Source: Spirochaetes bacterium ADurb.BinA120
GTDB taxonomy: Bacteria; Spirochaetota; UBA4802; UBA5368
Direction: 5' to 3'
DNA length: 64,000 nucleotides
Assembly (NCBI GenBank): GCA_002069125.1
Contig: MVZN01000006.1
Location: forward strand, 2,354 to 66,353
Shown: piece by piece, positions 40,901 to 49,568 of the stretch
How positions within the stretch are numbered: position 1 is the first letter of the stretch
How the letters are laid out: the number at the start of each line of letters is the position of its first letter
Made by a program: the position numbers and the translations under genes
The notes under the pieces: generated by a model
Seen by the model: the letters and a program-made list of their open reading frames with translations, nothing else
What the model was told of the DNA's origin: nothing
The model's database searches: none

Positions 40901-41052
40901 TATTCGGTTATGACCGCCGCTATGGGAAACTCGATATCGGGAAGGAGGTCGAGGGGCATCTTGGAAAAGCCGACGTATCCGAGCACGATGAGCGCAACGA
41001 AGATCATCATGGCCGTGATGGGCCGGTTGACGGACATTTCTGTTATTTTCAT
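37939..41052 (-). CDS. RND efflux transporter permease subunit
   Basis: P.DLLP.I.FP, GMLIDNSIVILENI, GIVVNNSIVLVD, RLRPILMTT, P.ARTV.GG; 1037 aa. Confidence 0.95.
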   Translation of the reverse strand: MKITEMSVNRPITAMMIFVALIVLGYVGFSKMPLDLLPDIEFPIAAVITEYKGVGPKEIESTVTRRLEESLAGINNIDYITSTSKEGMSLIGVRFIWGTDMSLAVSDIRERIDIIKKFLPEGIETPVVLKFDVSMMPIMVLSVSGSKDSSYLREYAEDNLKNLLEQIDGVASAVPIGGQKREVRVELVKNRMEAYDISIETVVGMVGLENMNVAGGDIKSPHRKYTLRTKGEFESLEDIRNMVVSVKNGTPIYLKDVARVYDAPAERKELVRLNGENGVVIRMTKQSDKNTVIVARDIMKQLEVIRKTLPRGMEITPIFNQAEYIERSIDNVIDSAWQGGIIAILVVFIMLRNLRSALILGLSIPVSIVATFIAMYYFDISLNMMSMGGLALGVGMLIDNSIVILENIFRFREKGARPNEAARLGADEMAMAITASTLTNLCVFIPFFFTTGLAGQLFRQMALTITFSQLCSLAVALTLVPMMSARFIKTITVRHTGRTAFLNDLFSWSEGMFTRLERFYALTIRWALGHRRRVVLFSALAVVAGLALIPLAGMEFMPEQDQEQVVFTAKLPIGTNLDTTESVMRMVEERVLKVVRRNEYRVVSVRAGYGEGFAAAFGETTDHTAKIEMRLVSVSKRDRSEHDIREAVRKAVADVPGVTFNFAVEGQGLSMGGGPQISIEIYGYDFDQAQEYSQQIKNAITGIPGLKDAEISREEGLPELVIVVNREKASKMGLNASYVANLIKDNVAGKIASIYRHEGKEYDIFVRLREEDRKSLDDIKSLLVRTPVGASVPLGNIIEVSSSSGPTTIQRKKQERVIYINCKAVGRDLNSVARDIQAKIDTLPKPRNFYVQIAGAFKDMQESFRDLGLALLLAIVLIYIIMAAQFESYLYPFIIMFSVPTLIFGVMIFLFLTGTTFNVVSFMGILMLSGIVVNNSIVLVDYTNILKARGLPTREALMEAGSKRLRPILMTTFTTILALVPMSLGLGEGAELSAPLARTVMGGMSSSFIFTLLFVPVVYSLFEDLSARVKKSFSGRG

Positions 41053-41054
41053 GG

Positions 41055-42011
41055 TCAGTCTCCGGTCTTTTTCTGTGTCGCCACGGCGGGCGGGCCCTCG
41101 TCCTCGCGGTATACCAGTAGCTCATCGCCGTCGGCCAGGGTCTCCTGGCCAAGAGTCACCACTATCTCACCCGCCCTTAACCCGCTCGTCACCTCGGTAA
41201 GGCGGCCGGTCGTTATGCCGGTCCTTATCGTCCGCTTATGCGCACGGCCGTCCTCCACCACGAAAACATCCGACTCGCCCGAAAGCCCGCTCAAGATGGC
41301 GTCGACAGGGGCCGCTACCACGCCGGGTCTGGAGCTCAGCACGATCTCGATATTCGCGAACATGCCGTGCTTGAGGTTCATGCCGGGATTGTCGAGCCTT
41401 ATACGCACCTCCTGGGTGCGGCTTAGCTGGTCGAGTACGGCGCTCTTCTTGTAGATGCGGCCGGAGAAGATACGGCCAGGAAAAGATTCAACGGTAATGA
41501 GGGCGCGCATCCCAATGTCCACACGATTGATATTCTCCTCCATGATGCGTATGACCGCTTCGACCGAGGACATGTTGACTATCTGGGCCAGGGGCGTGGC
41601 ATTGGTGACGGTCATGCCGCGGTCGACCATGATCTTCCCTACGTGACCGGTTATGGGCGACTCGACGATCGCGAGATTGTATTCCATGCCCACGATATCC
41701 CTGTCGATCTTGAAAACCACGGCCCCCTTGCGGACGAAATTTCCCTCCTTGATCAAGATGGACTCGATTTTACCCGGGGCGGGAGGAAAGACATTTACGA
41801 CCTCGGTGCCTATGATATCCCCGGTCAGTTTGAGGGTGCTCTGCATGTCGGTACGGCGCACAGCCTCGGCCTTTACGGGGATCTTCCTGGTTTCCTCGGT
41901 TTTCCGGGAGGCCTGTATGCGGTTTATAATGATCTTGCTGACCCGGTATCCCGCAATTAGCAGGATAACGATCAGGATGGCGGTGAGTATTCGTTTGGTA
42001 CTCTTTTTCAT
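41055..42011 (-). CDS. RND periplasmic adaptor (membrane fusion protein)
   Basis: N-terminal TM, G...V.KG, SPITG.V, L..GMFA, GLRAGE.VV..G. Confidence 0.92.
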   Translation of the reverse strand: MKKSTKRILTAILIVILLIAGYRVSKIIINRIQASRKTEETRKIPVKAEAVRRTDMQSTLKLTGDIIGTEVVNVFPPAPGKIESILIKEGNFVRKGAVVFKIDRDIVGMEYNLAIVESPITGHVGKIMVDRGMTVTNATPLAQIVNMSSVEAVIRIMEENINRVDIGMRALITVESFPGRIFSGRIYKKSAVLDQLSRTQEVRIRLDNPGMNLKHGMFANIEIVLSSRPGVVAAPVDAILSGLSGESDVFVVEDGRAHKRTIRTGITTGRLTEVTSGLRAGEIVVTLGQETLADGDELLVYREDEGPPAVATQKKTGD

Positions 42012-42035
42012 CGTGTATTCTCCGTTGGAAGCCTG

Positions 42036-43457
42036 TCAACGCACCGGAAAGAATTCGACCCCAATCGCGCGATTGAGTTCGGCGCGCGCGACCTGGAAAT
42101 CGTAAAGAGATTGTATGTAAAGCGTCCGCGCGGTGATAAGCTGGACATTGGCCTCGAGAAGCTTGGTGTTGTCGATTATGCCGTTGCGAAACTGGGTAAT
42201 GGCGGCCTTTAGCCCCTCTTCGGCAGTTGCGACGTTGCCCTGCTGGGACGAAAGGGAGACATGGGCGGCTTTAAGCTTGAGGTAGCCCCTCTGTATCTCG
42301 AGCTTTACGCCCTTTATAAAGTCGTCCATCTGGTGTTCGGTCTGTTTGGCGGAACTGCGCGATTGCTTGGCTTTGGCGTGCGATGTGTCGAGCGGTGAAA
42401 GCGCACCCCAGCGGTAGGTCGCGCCGACCGTAACGTTCCACGACTTGTTCCAGCCGGAGGGCGCTAAATTCTCGCGCATTCCATATATCATCTGGTTTAG
42501 CATGTTGGTCAATGGATCGGGGCTCGTGGGAGGGGGTGAACCGGAGTCCGAGCTTTCGGTCTTTGAGGTGCCGTAACTGCCGCTCACGAAGAACGTTGGC
42601 CATAGATATATGGCCTCCGCCGCCGAGGCGATGTCCTCCTTCATCTCCCTGGTTTTTCTGATCTGGATGACCTCAGGCCGGTGTTTCAGGGCCTCTCCTA
42701 TCATGGAGACGAGGAGCTTGCGCTCCCTCTCCGCATCGGAGGGCAGGGCCTCGAGAAGGGCCTTGTCTATCTGCATCTCCGCCGGGTCCGGTTCTATGCG
42801 CATGAAGATATCGTTCCCTATCTGAATGTTAAGGTCGGCCATGGCCGAAAGGGCGTCGTTGCCGGCGTTTATGAACTGGGTCTTTTCATTGGAAAAAGCC
42901 ACCTGGGCGCGCAGATAGTCCAGGCGGGAGAAAATTCCCTTGTTGTATCCTATCGTCACTGTTTTTAGGTTTTCCTCGAGCGCCTTGAGGGATTCCATGC
43001 GCATGGCTTCGGCTTCCCGGGCCAGGAGCAGCCTGTAATATGACTGTATGGAGCGCACCACCGTTTCGCTCCTCTGCTTTCGAACGTTGTTTTCGGCTAT
43101 GATATGCGCGTTTCGGGTGGCCAGGAGGCTGTTGTAAAAGACGCCCGGGTTAATCGCGATCTGGCCGTTTATGAACTTGACGTCGTAGTTGGCCTTGATA
43201 TTCGAGCTGAAGCCCGCGTCGGCGCCCTGGCGCGTATAGGCGACGTCCGTGGAAAGGGTCGGCCACAGCATTCCCCATGACTCGCGTACCTTCTGTCTGC
43301 TCTCCTCCACGGCCTCGATGGATATTTTGTAATTGTTGTTGTTTTCGATGGCCAGGCGAACCGCTTCGCGAAGGGATAAGGTCTCCGCGGCGGAAACAGC
43401 GGAGGCCGCCATGGCGGGAAAGATTAAAGCCGCAAGGGCAAGGCGCGTGGATGTCAT
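42036..43457 (-). CDS. TolC family outer membrane efflux protein
   Basis: LSLREAVRLA.ENN, YYRLL, LDYLRAQV, LLEA...L..AR...Y.F..A...L..AIG. Confidence 0.9.
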   Translation of the reverse strand: MTSTRLALAALIFPAMAASAVSAAETLSLREAVRLAIENNNNYKISIEAVEESRQKVRESWGMLWPTLSTDVAYTRQGADAGFSSNIKANYDVKFINGQIAINPGVFYNSLLATRNAHIIAENNVRKQRSETVVRSIQSYYRLLLAREAEAMRMESLKALEENLKTVTIGYNKGIFSRLDYLRAQVAFSNEKTQFINAGNDALSAMADLNIQIGNDIFMRIEPDPAEMQIDKALLEALPSDAERERKLLVSMIGEALKHRPEVIQIRKTREMKEDIASAAEAIYLWPTFFVSGSYGTSKTESSDSGSPPPTSPDPLTNMLNQMIYGMRENLAPSGWNKSWNVTVGATYRWGALSPLDTSHAKAKQSRSSAKQTEHQMDDFIKGVKLEIQRGYLKLKAAHVSLSSQQGNVATAEEGLKAAITQFRNGIIDNTKLLEANVQLITARTLYIQSLYDFQVARAELNRAIGVEFFPVR

Positions 43458-44032
43458 CGATAAAGCCCTCTGTAAAAAATTGAAATGAACGCCATCAGGT
43501 CTTTTTCCGGGACCGTTTGTTTTTCCAAATGGTAACTCTGTAAAACCCCCCCAAGCATATCCATAAACAGGCGGGCCGCCCTGGAGGGCGGCATAATGGG
43601 ATTACCGTCGTCCGACTCGAGGACCTCCATTATGAGCTGGATATTCTGGCTTAAAAAGATATTCCGTATGCGTATGAGGTCCTCGAAGTTCTGGAATATC
43701 TCATCGACCGTAAGGTTGTAAAGATTGTGAAAGTCCTGATGGAACTTATTGCTGTGGCTCGCATAGACGATCAACTTTTCCTCCACGGTATTGGCGCTTG
43801 AAAGCAGGCCCCGGACTTTGGTGAAGAATAGGTCCACTTCGTGCTCGAGCACGGCAAAGAAGAGCTCCTGTTTATTGCGATAATAATAGTACAGCGCGCT
43901 CTTCACCATGCCGAGCCTGTCGGCGATGTCTTCTATCGTCGTCTTCTTGTAGCCGTGCCGCGCGAACGCCTCCTGCGCGGCCTGTAGGATTTCATGTGTC
44001 CGCGGCTTCCTGTCCGTATCGCCTTCGGCCAT
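43454..44032 (-). CDS. TetR/AcrR family transcriptional regulator
   Basis: ILQAA..AFARHGY..TTIEDIA..LG..KSALYYYY.NK.ELF. Confidence 0.95.
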   Translation of the reverse strand: MAEGDTDRKPRTHEILQAAQEAFARHGYKKTTIEDIADRLGMVKSALYYYYRNKQELFFAVLEHEVDLFFTKVRGLLSSANTVEEKLIVYASHSNKFHQDFHNLYNLTVDEIFQNFEDLIRIRNIFLSQNIQLIMEVLESDDGNPIMPPSRAARLFMDMLGGVLQSYHLEKQTVPEKDLMAFISIFYRGLYR

Positions 44033-44065
44033 TGCGTGTTCCCGATTGTATTTGCGAATTCAATA

Positions 44066-44103
44066 AAGATAGCACATTCGAACACATTGGTCAATAGTTC
44101 AAA
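44066..44103 (-). promoter_or_regulatory. Sigma70-type promoter of the tetR-RND operon with an overlapping imperfect inverted repeat (candidate TetR operator)
   Basis: Minus strand TTGACC-N17-TATCTT; imperfect IR TTGAACTATTG / CAATGTGTTCGA spans the -35 element. Confidence 0.6.
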
Positions 44104-44187
44104 TATTTAATTAATAAAATTTGTTTTTTAAAAAATATGCTTGGCCTATTTATTCATATTTATGATTTATAATATTGTAATTATTAA

Positions 44188-44307
44188 TGGATTTTCCAGA
44201 GGTTAAATTTTTAAGATTCATATAAATTGCAACTACTGGCAAATTAAGCGCTTGGGTTTTCCCGCCCGTCTTCGGCGGGCGGGAAAACCTAATTTTTAGA
44301 GATTGCC
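44188..44307 (+). repeat. Dispersed ~120 bp intergenic element, copy A (MITE/REP-like)
   Basis: Shares TTAAGAT..C.TAAATTG, GGCAAA.T.AGC.CT, a GC hairpin and the AGAGATTGCC end with copies B and C. Confidence 0.75.
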
Positions 44308-44441
44308 TAATGATTTATTTTGACAGCCCCCGGATTTGGATTGTCACGAGTTTCAATTTTTAGGGTCGTTCTCGGTCGAATGAATTTTACTCCCGCGGAC
44401 TTAAGGAGCATTTCTATTCACTGAAGGTAGGATGGAGGATT

Positions 44442-45554
44442 ATGAAGGGACTGGCGGACTTTTTCGGTTCAAGAAAAGCCATTATCGCGACCGGCTTTCT
44501 AATAGGCATGGGGGCCGCACTGCTGCAGAAATTGGGGAATCCCGCGAACATGGGCATCTGTGTGGCCTGCATGGAGCGCGATATTGCAGGGGCCCTGGGC
44601 TTTCACAGGGCGGCCGCGGCACAATACATCAGGCCCGAGATCATAGGCCTAATATTCGGTGCTCTTATCGCCGCTCTCTCTTTCGGGGAGTTCCGTGCCC
44701 GGTCCGGCTCGGCTCCCATGGTGCGCTTCGTACTCGGGTTCTTCGCCATGCTGGGGGCTCTGGTCTTCCTTGGCTGCCCCTGGCGCGCATTGCTGCGCCT
44801 TTCGGGAGGCGACGGAAACGCAATCGTCGGCCTTGCCGGGCTTGCCATCGGTGTCGCGATAGGGGTATTTTTTATAAAGAACGGTTACAGCCTCGGTGCG
44901 AGTAAAAAGACCCATACCTCCGCAGGCTGGATAATGCCGGTGATGATGATCGCCCTTATGCTGCTCCTGCTTGGGAATACCGTTTGGGGCGCCTCGAAAG
45001 CATTGCTGTATGCGGAGCCGGACAGCTTTGCGCCGTTTTTCAGCGCAAAGGGGCCGGGCTCCCAGCACGCTCCGGTTCTCATTTCACTTGGAATCGCCCT
45101 CGTCATCGGCTTCCTCGCGCAGCGCACCCGTTTTTGCACCATGGGGGCGCTCCGAGACGTCCTTCTTATTGGGGACATGCATCTGATGTGGGGCGTGGTA
45201 GCGCTCGTCCTGGGCGCGTTCGCGACCAATTACGCGTTCGGACAATTCAACCCCGGTTTTGCCGGTCAGCCGGTGGCGCATACCGCGCACACCTGGAATT
45301 TCGGCGGAATGGCGCTCTCGGGCCTCGCCTTCGCGCTTGCCGGGGGTTGCCCCGGAAGACAGCTCTTCCTTTCAGGGGAGGGCGATGGAGATGCCGCCAT
45401 CTTTGTGATGGGGATGATCGTCGGGGCCGCTTTCGCGCACAATTTCGCCGCGGCAAGCACGTCCGAAGGTCCCGGACTCTGGGGGCCGGCCTCGGTGATT
45501 GCGGGGCTTGTCGTGTGCCTTGTAATCGGTTTTACCATGCGCCAGAAGGCGTGA
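44442..45554 (+). CDS. yedE: YedE family putative selenium/sulfur transporter
   Basis: GNP.NMGIC.AC..RDIAGALG, RPEI.G, FLGCP.R, .RTRFC..G, GGCPGRQ. Confidence 0.9.
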   Translation: MKGLADFFGSRKAIIATGFLIGMGAALLQKLGNPANMGICVACMERDIAGALGFHRAAAAQYIRPEIIGLIFGALIAALSFGEFRARSGSAPMVRFVLGFFAMLGALVFLGCPWRALLRLSGGDGNAIVGLAGLAIGVAIGVFFIKNGYSLGASKKTHTSAGWIMPVMMIALMLLLLGNTVWGASKALLYAEPDSFAPFFSAKGPGSQHAPVLISLGIALVIGFLAQRTRFCTMGALRDVLLIGDMHLMWGVVALVLGAFATNYAFGQFNPGFAGQPVAHTAHTWNFGGMALSGLAFALAGGCPGRQLFLSGEGDGDAAIFVMGMIVGAAFAHNFAAASTSEGPGLWGPASVIAGLVVCLVIGFTMRQKA

Positions 45555-45569
45555 TCGAAGGAGGATTCT

Positions 45570-45785
45570 ATGGCGGATAAGCTGGATATGCGCGGGCTTT
45601 CGTGCCCGCAGCCGGTCTACGAGACGAAGAAAAAAATCGAGGCGATGGGATCGGGCGTGCTCGATGTGCTTGTGGACTCGGGCGCGGCGCGCGAGAACGT
45701 CACGCGGCTGGCCGAGAACAGGGGTTGGTCCGTCTCGGTAAAGGAAAAAGAGGGTGAATTCCTGTTAACCCTGAAGAGGCAATAA
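45570..45785 (+). CDS. TusA/YedF family sulfur carrier
   Basis: LDMRGLSCPQPV, VLVD..AARENV.R. Confidence 0.92.
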   Translation: MADKLDMRGLSCPQPVYETKKKIEAMGSGVLDVLVDSGAARENVTRLAENRGWSVSVKEKEGEFLLTLKRQ

Positions 45786-45838
45786 ATGGGCGCACTGGAA
45801 GGCGGACGCGTTCGCTTTCGGGGAGGCTTTTTATCGCC

Positions 45839-46996
45839 ATGATCTATCTCGATAACGCGGCGACCTCATTTCCCAAGCCAGCCCGGGTCGTCGATGCCAT
45901 GACCGAATTCGCGCGGGAGATCGGCGCAAACCCGGGGCGGTCGGGGCACCGCCTTTCGGTCGAGGCGGGTCGAACCATATACGATGCGCGAGAGGCTCTT
46001 GCCTCTCTCTTCAAAATCCGCGATCCGCTAAGGGTGATTTTTACCGCCAACGCAACCGTAGGGCTGAACCAGGCCTTGCTGGGCCTTCTGTCGGCCGGGG
46101 ATAGGGTCGTGACGAGCGGGATGGAGCATAATTCGGTGATGAGACCGCTTCGCTTCCTCGAGGCTTCCGGTATCCGCGTAGCGACCGTTCCATGCTCCTC
46201 TCAAGGCCTGCTCGACCCGGATGAACTGCGGCGAACACTTTCCGAGAGGACCGCGATGGTCGTCGTCAACCACGGCTCGAACGTCAATGGCTGTATTCAG
46301 CCAGTCCGCGCGCTGGGGGCCGCCGCGCGCGAGGCCGGGGCCCTCTTTCTTGTTGACGCGGCCCAGACGGCCGGTTGCGTGGAGATAGATATGGCGGAAG
46401 ACAACATCGATCTCCTGGCGTTTACCGGCCACAAGGCCCTGTACGGGCCGCAGGGAACTGGCGGGCTTGTCCTTGGGGGGAGGGTGCCGGTCGAGCGAAT
46501 GAGGCCTATAGTCTTCGGCGGAACCGGAAGCCGCTCAGAGTACGAGACTCAGCCCGATTTTCTGCCGGACCGCTACGAGAGCGGCACGCCCAACACCGTG
46601 GGCATTGCGGGGCTTCTGGAGGGCGTTCGCTTCATACTCGAAACCGGGGTTACGGCCATACGCCGCCGGGAGGATGCGCTTGCCGACGTGCTGACAGAGG
46701 GCCTTGCCGAGGTCAACGGCCTGCGCATTTTCTCCGGCTCTGGCGGCAGCCGTCTGCCGACGGTTTCCTTTACCGGAGATACGCTCCCGCCGGACGAGAT
46801 CGGGCTACGGCTCGACGAGGAATTTGGAGTTCTCTGCAGGGTGGGGCTTCACTGCAGCCCGGCGGCCCACAATACGCTGGGCAGCTTTCCGGACGGCACG
46901 GTTCGTTTAAGCGCGGGTTTGTTTACCACGGAGGAGGAGATCCGGGCGGCAATTGATGCGGTGCGCGTAATCGTAAGCGAAGGAGGCGCCCGGTGA
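45839..46996 (+). CDS. Class V aminotransferase, cysteine desulfurase/selenocysteine lyase family
   Basis: YLDNAATS.PKP, EHNSV.RP, VDAAQ, FTGHK (PLP Lys), R.GLHC.P.AH. Confidence 0.92.
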   Translation: MIYLDNAATSFPKPARVVDAMTEFAREIGANPGRSGHRLSVEAGRTIYDAREALASLFKIRDPLRVIFTANATVGLNQALLGLLSAGDRVVTSGMEHNSVMRPLRFLEASGIRVATVPCSSQGLLDPDELRRTLSERTAMVVVNHGSNVNGCIQPVRALGAAAREAGALFLVDAAQTAGCVEIDMAEDNIDLLAFTGHKALYGPQGTGGLVLGGRVPVERMRPIVFGGTGSRSEYETQPDFLPDRYESGTPNTVGIAGLLEGVRFILETGVTAIRRREDALADVLTEGLAEVNGLRIFSGSGGSRLPTVSFTGDTLPPDEIGLRLDEEFGVLCRVGLHCSPAAHNTLGSFPDGTVRLSAGLFTTEEEIRAAIDAVRVIVSEGGAR

Positions 46997-47217
46997 ATGA
47001 AGGACAATGCGTGGCGCTGTTCCATTCTACAAGCCTTGCGCTCCGGGGAGAGAAGCTGTGTCGGGCCGAGGGGATACCCGTAAAGCTGATCCCCGTTCCG
47101 CGCCGCTTAAGTTCGGACTGCGGCGTATGCCTGCGTTTCGCGGGAGCCTTCGAGGAGCGCGTGCGAGCCCTCTTCAATGAAAGGGCGCTCGAATTCGAAG
47201 ATATCGTGTGCCTGTAG
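46993..47217 (+). CDS. DUF3343 family putative Se/S carrier protein
   Basis: F.ST..AL..EK......LIPVPR.LSSDCG.CL. Confidence 0.85.
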   Translation: MNEGQCVALFHSTSLALRGEKLCRAEGIPVKLIPVPRRLSSDCGVCLRFAGAFEERVRALFNERALEFEDIVCL

Positions 47218-47282
47218 GCCTCCCGCCGGGTATTTTGGGGTTTTCCGTTCTCGAGGGTTTTTGCCCGGCCTTAAAAGGCGCT

Positions 47283-47600
47283 TCAGCCGGTCGAGTCGTC
47301 AATCCATTGCAGGTATGGAGCGTTCCCTTCCACGATAGGCAGTGCGATGATCTCCGGCACCTCGTATGGGTGTAGCGATTCTATGCGTTCCCGGAGCCGT
47401 CCGAAGAGTTCTCCTCGTGTTTTTATTATCATGAGGCATTCCTCATCCCTGCACAGCTCTCCTTTCCAGGTATAGAAAGACGATATTCCTCCGATTACGT
47501 TCGCGCACGCGGCCAGCCGGTCGGGGACAAGCGATTCGGCAATGGCGACCGCCACCTCTCTCGAAGGCGTGGTGCAGAAGATTACTATATGCTTTTCCAT
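47283..47600 (-). CDS. cutA: Divalent-cation tolerance protein CutA
   Basis: LAACAN, S.Y.WKG, E..MIIKT, HPYEVPEIIAL. Confidence 0.93.
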   Translation of the reverse strand: MEKHIVIFCTTPSREVAVAIAESLVPDRLAACANVIGGISSFYTWKGELCRDEECLMIIKTRGELFGRLRERIESLHPYEVPEIIALPIVEGNAPYLQWIDDSTG

Positions 47601-47734
47601 CGTGAGCCTCGAAATAATTGTTTACCGGCCCGTGCCGGGGGCTAAGACTATCCCTGCTTGAACGCGCAGTCAAGCCTTAGAAAGCGTCCAGCCGTGGACG
47701 AATGGATGGAGCTCGAGATGAGCGGGTGGGGCTT

Positions 47735-48913
47735 ATGATAAATAATTTGAAAAATCGTACCATGATCTTGGCGTCCATAATTCTGGTTTACTGCGCGCTT
47801 CCGGTGGGGGGAGGGGCGCAAAACAATGACTATTTCGTAATCGGCTCAAATACCGCGCAAAAGGTTCGCTGGGAGGTGAGCTCCAGCCATGGACCTGGCA
47901 ATTCGGGCCTTATGGCCCTCGACAGCGATCCGGAGAGCTCGTGGATGTCCGCGAGGTCCGACTCGGCGCAATGGCTGCAGGTCGATTTCGGCGCGAAGCG
48001 CCTGCTCACCAGAATAGTGGTGGTGCCGGGCTATAGGGACAACTACCGCATGCTCCGCTATTGCGTCGTGCAGTTCCTTCATAATGGCGAATGGTTCGAT
48101 TTCAAGCGCGTCGATTTCGGCGGAAAAGAGCGCAGGGGCGTATTCTCCAGGCTGTTAGGAGACCGCTCGGGGTCCGCCGACCGAGCAGTTGTGGAATTGG
48201 GGGGAGTGGATGCAAGTACCTTCCGGATTCTGGCGCCTCCCGACGCAATGGTCGACGGCAGGGCGGCGATAGCGGAGGTGGAGTGCTATGTCGGATCGAT
48301 CGCGTTGAGATATTTCGATGGGAGGCTTAAGGGGCTGTGCGTTCCCGTGAGAAACGCCCTTCTCCCTCCGAACGACGCGTCATATCCGAACGCACCACGA
48401 GGGTACAGGGGGGGCATTCATGCGGGACTGGATATCTATAATTCTTTCGCCGAGGGGAGCTACGAGCAGGTTCCGGTTGATTTCAGTACCCCTGTGTACG
48501 CGGCGGATGGAGGGACCGTCATCCGCGCGGACTGGAGCTACGAGCCGATGACGCCAAGCCAGTGGAGGGAACAATCCGAATATACCAGGAGCAATCCGCG
48601 CACATTCGTTCTTCGCTCTTTCGGCGGCAGACAGGTGTGGCTGGACCACGGCAACGGGGTCGTAACGACCTATAATCATCTGTCGGCCATCGACAGGAAG
48701 GTCGTACAGGGGGCCAGGGTATCCAGGGGGCAGCGGATTGGCCATGTCGGAAACTCCGGACTTTTCGGAGAGGCCGAAGGAAAGCGCTACGGCGCTCATC
48801 TGCATTTCGAGATATGGGTTGACGGCTTCTATCTGGGATACGGAATGACTGTCGAGGATGTTAGAAAATACTTCGGCTGGATTTTTCAGACGGCGGTCCA
48901 ACCCGGCGATTGA
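47735..48913 (+). CDS. M23 family peptidase with N-terminal discoidin (F5/8 type C) domain
   Basis: A.DSD..SSW...QWLQVDFG (discoidin); HAGLDIY, TTYNHL, GNSG, HLHFEI (M23). Confidence 0.85.
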   Translation: MINNLKNRTMILASIILVYCALPVGGGAQNNDYFVIGSNTAQKVRWEVSSSHGPGNSGLMALDSDPESSWMSARSDSAQWLQVDFGAKRLLTRIVVVPGYRDNYRMLRYCVVQFLHNGEWFDFKRVDFGGKERRGVFSRLLGDRSGSADRAVVELGGVDASTFRILAPPDAMVDGRAAIAEVECYVGSIALRYFDGRLKGLCVPVRNALLPPNDASYPNAPRGYRGGIHAGLDIYNSFAEGSYEQVPVDFSTPVYAADGGTVIRADWSYEPMTPSQWREQSEYTRSNPRTFVLRSFGGRQVWLDHGNGVVTTYNHLSAIDRKVVQGARVSRGQRIGHVGNSGLFGEAEGKRYGAHLHFEIWVDGFYLGYGMTVEDVRKYFGWIFQTAVQPGD

Positions 48914-49118
48914 TGCGGATGAGCCGGGCCGCCGTGGGAGTTTTTTCCTTATGGATTTACGCAAAATATATGATAAAAATGACAGGGAGCTTGCGCGGGG
49001 CAAGGGGCGCGAAGATTATATGCATGCGTTCTCTCCAGCCGCCCGGCTCGTTGAAGAGGCATTCGGTATGACGGCGCGTGGCGCATAGGGCATTACTATA
49101 TGGAGTACAGCGGATTCT

Positions 49119-49568
49119 ATGGAAAAGCTCAGCGAGTATACGAACGAGAAATTCATAAAAAGGCTAAGGGCCAGGAACAAGTACAAGGCGATCGAGGAGC
49201 TCGCGAGGCTTTTCGATGGCGCACAGGTTTGCTCCGATATAGACGAGCTGGTAACCGCCCTCGTCGAAAGGGAGAAGATCATGAGCACGGGGATAGGTTT
49301 CGGCCTGGCCATTCCTCACGCTAAGATCAAGTCGGTGAAGGATATCGCCTTCTCCATCGGAATATCGCGGGCCGGAATCGATTTCGATTCCATGGACGGC
49401 AAGCCCGTAAACCTCATCATCCTGGTCGCGGCAGGCGACCGGCAGCACAAGGACTACCTGACGCTCCTTTCCAGAATAATGTCCATCCTGAAGGACGAAA
49501 AAAGGCGGGCCGAGATCATCAATGCCGCCGGTCCCGGGGAAATAATGGAGATACTTTCAGTGGAATGA
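49119..49568 (+). CDS. PTS IIA (Fru/Ntr-type) domain protein
   Basis: ERE...STGIG.GLAIPHAK, DFDSMDGKPV.LI. Confidence 0.92.
   Translation: MEKLSEYTNEKFIKRLRARNKYKAIEELARLFDGAQVCSDIDELVTALVEREKIMSTGIGFGLAIPHAKIKSVKDIAFSIGISRAGIDFDSMDGKPVNLIILVAAGDRQHKDYLTLLSRIMSILKDEKRRAEIINAAGPGEIMEILSVE

Noticed and set aside
44442-47217. Possible selenocysteine (UGA) recoding in the Se-related cluster
   Set aside because: No in-frame TGA at conserved Cys positions; the terminal TGA codons are followed directly by the next gene's RBS or start.
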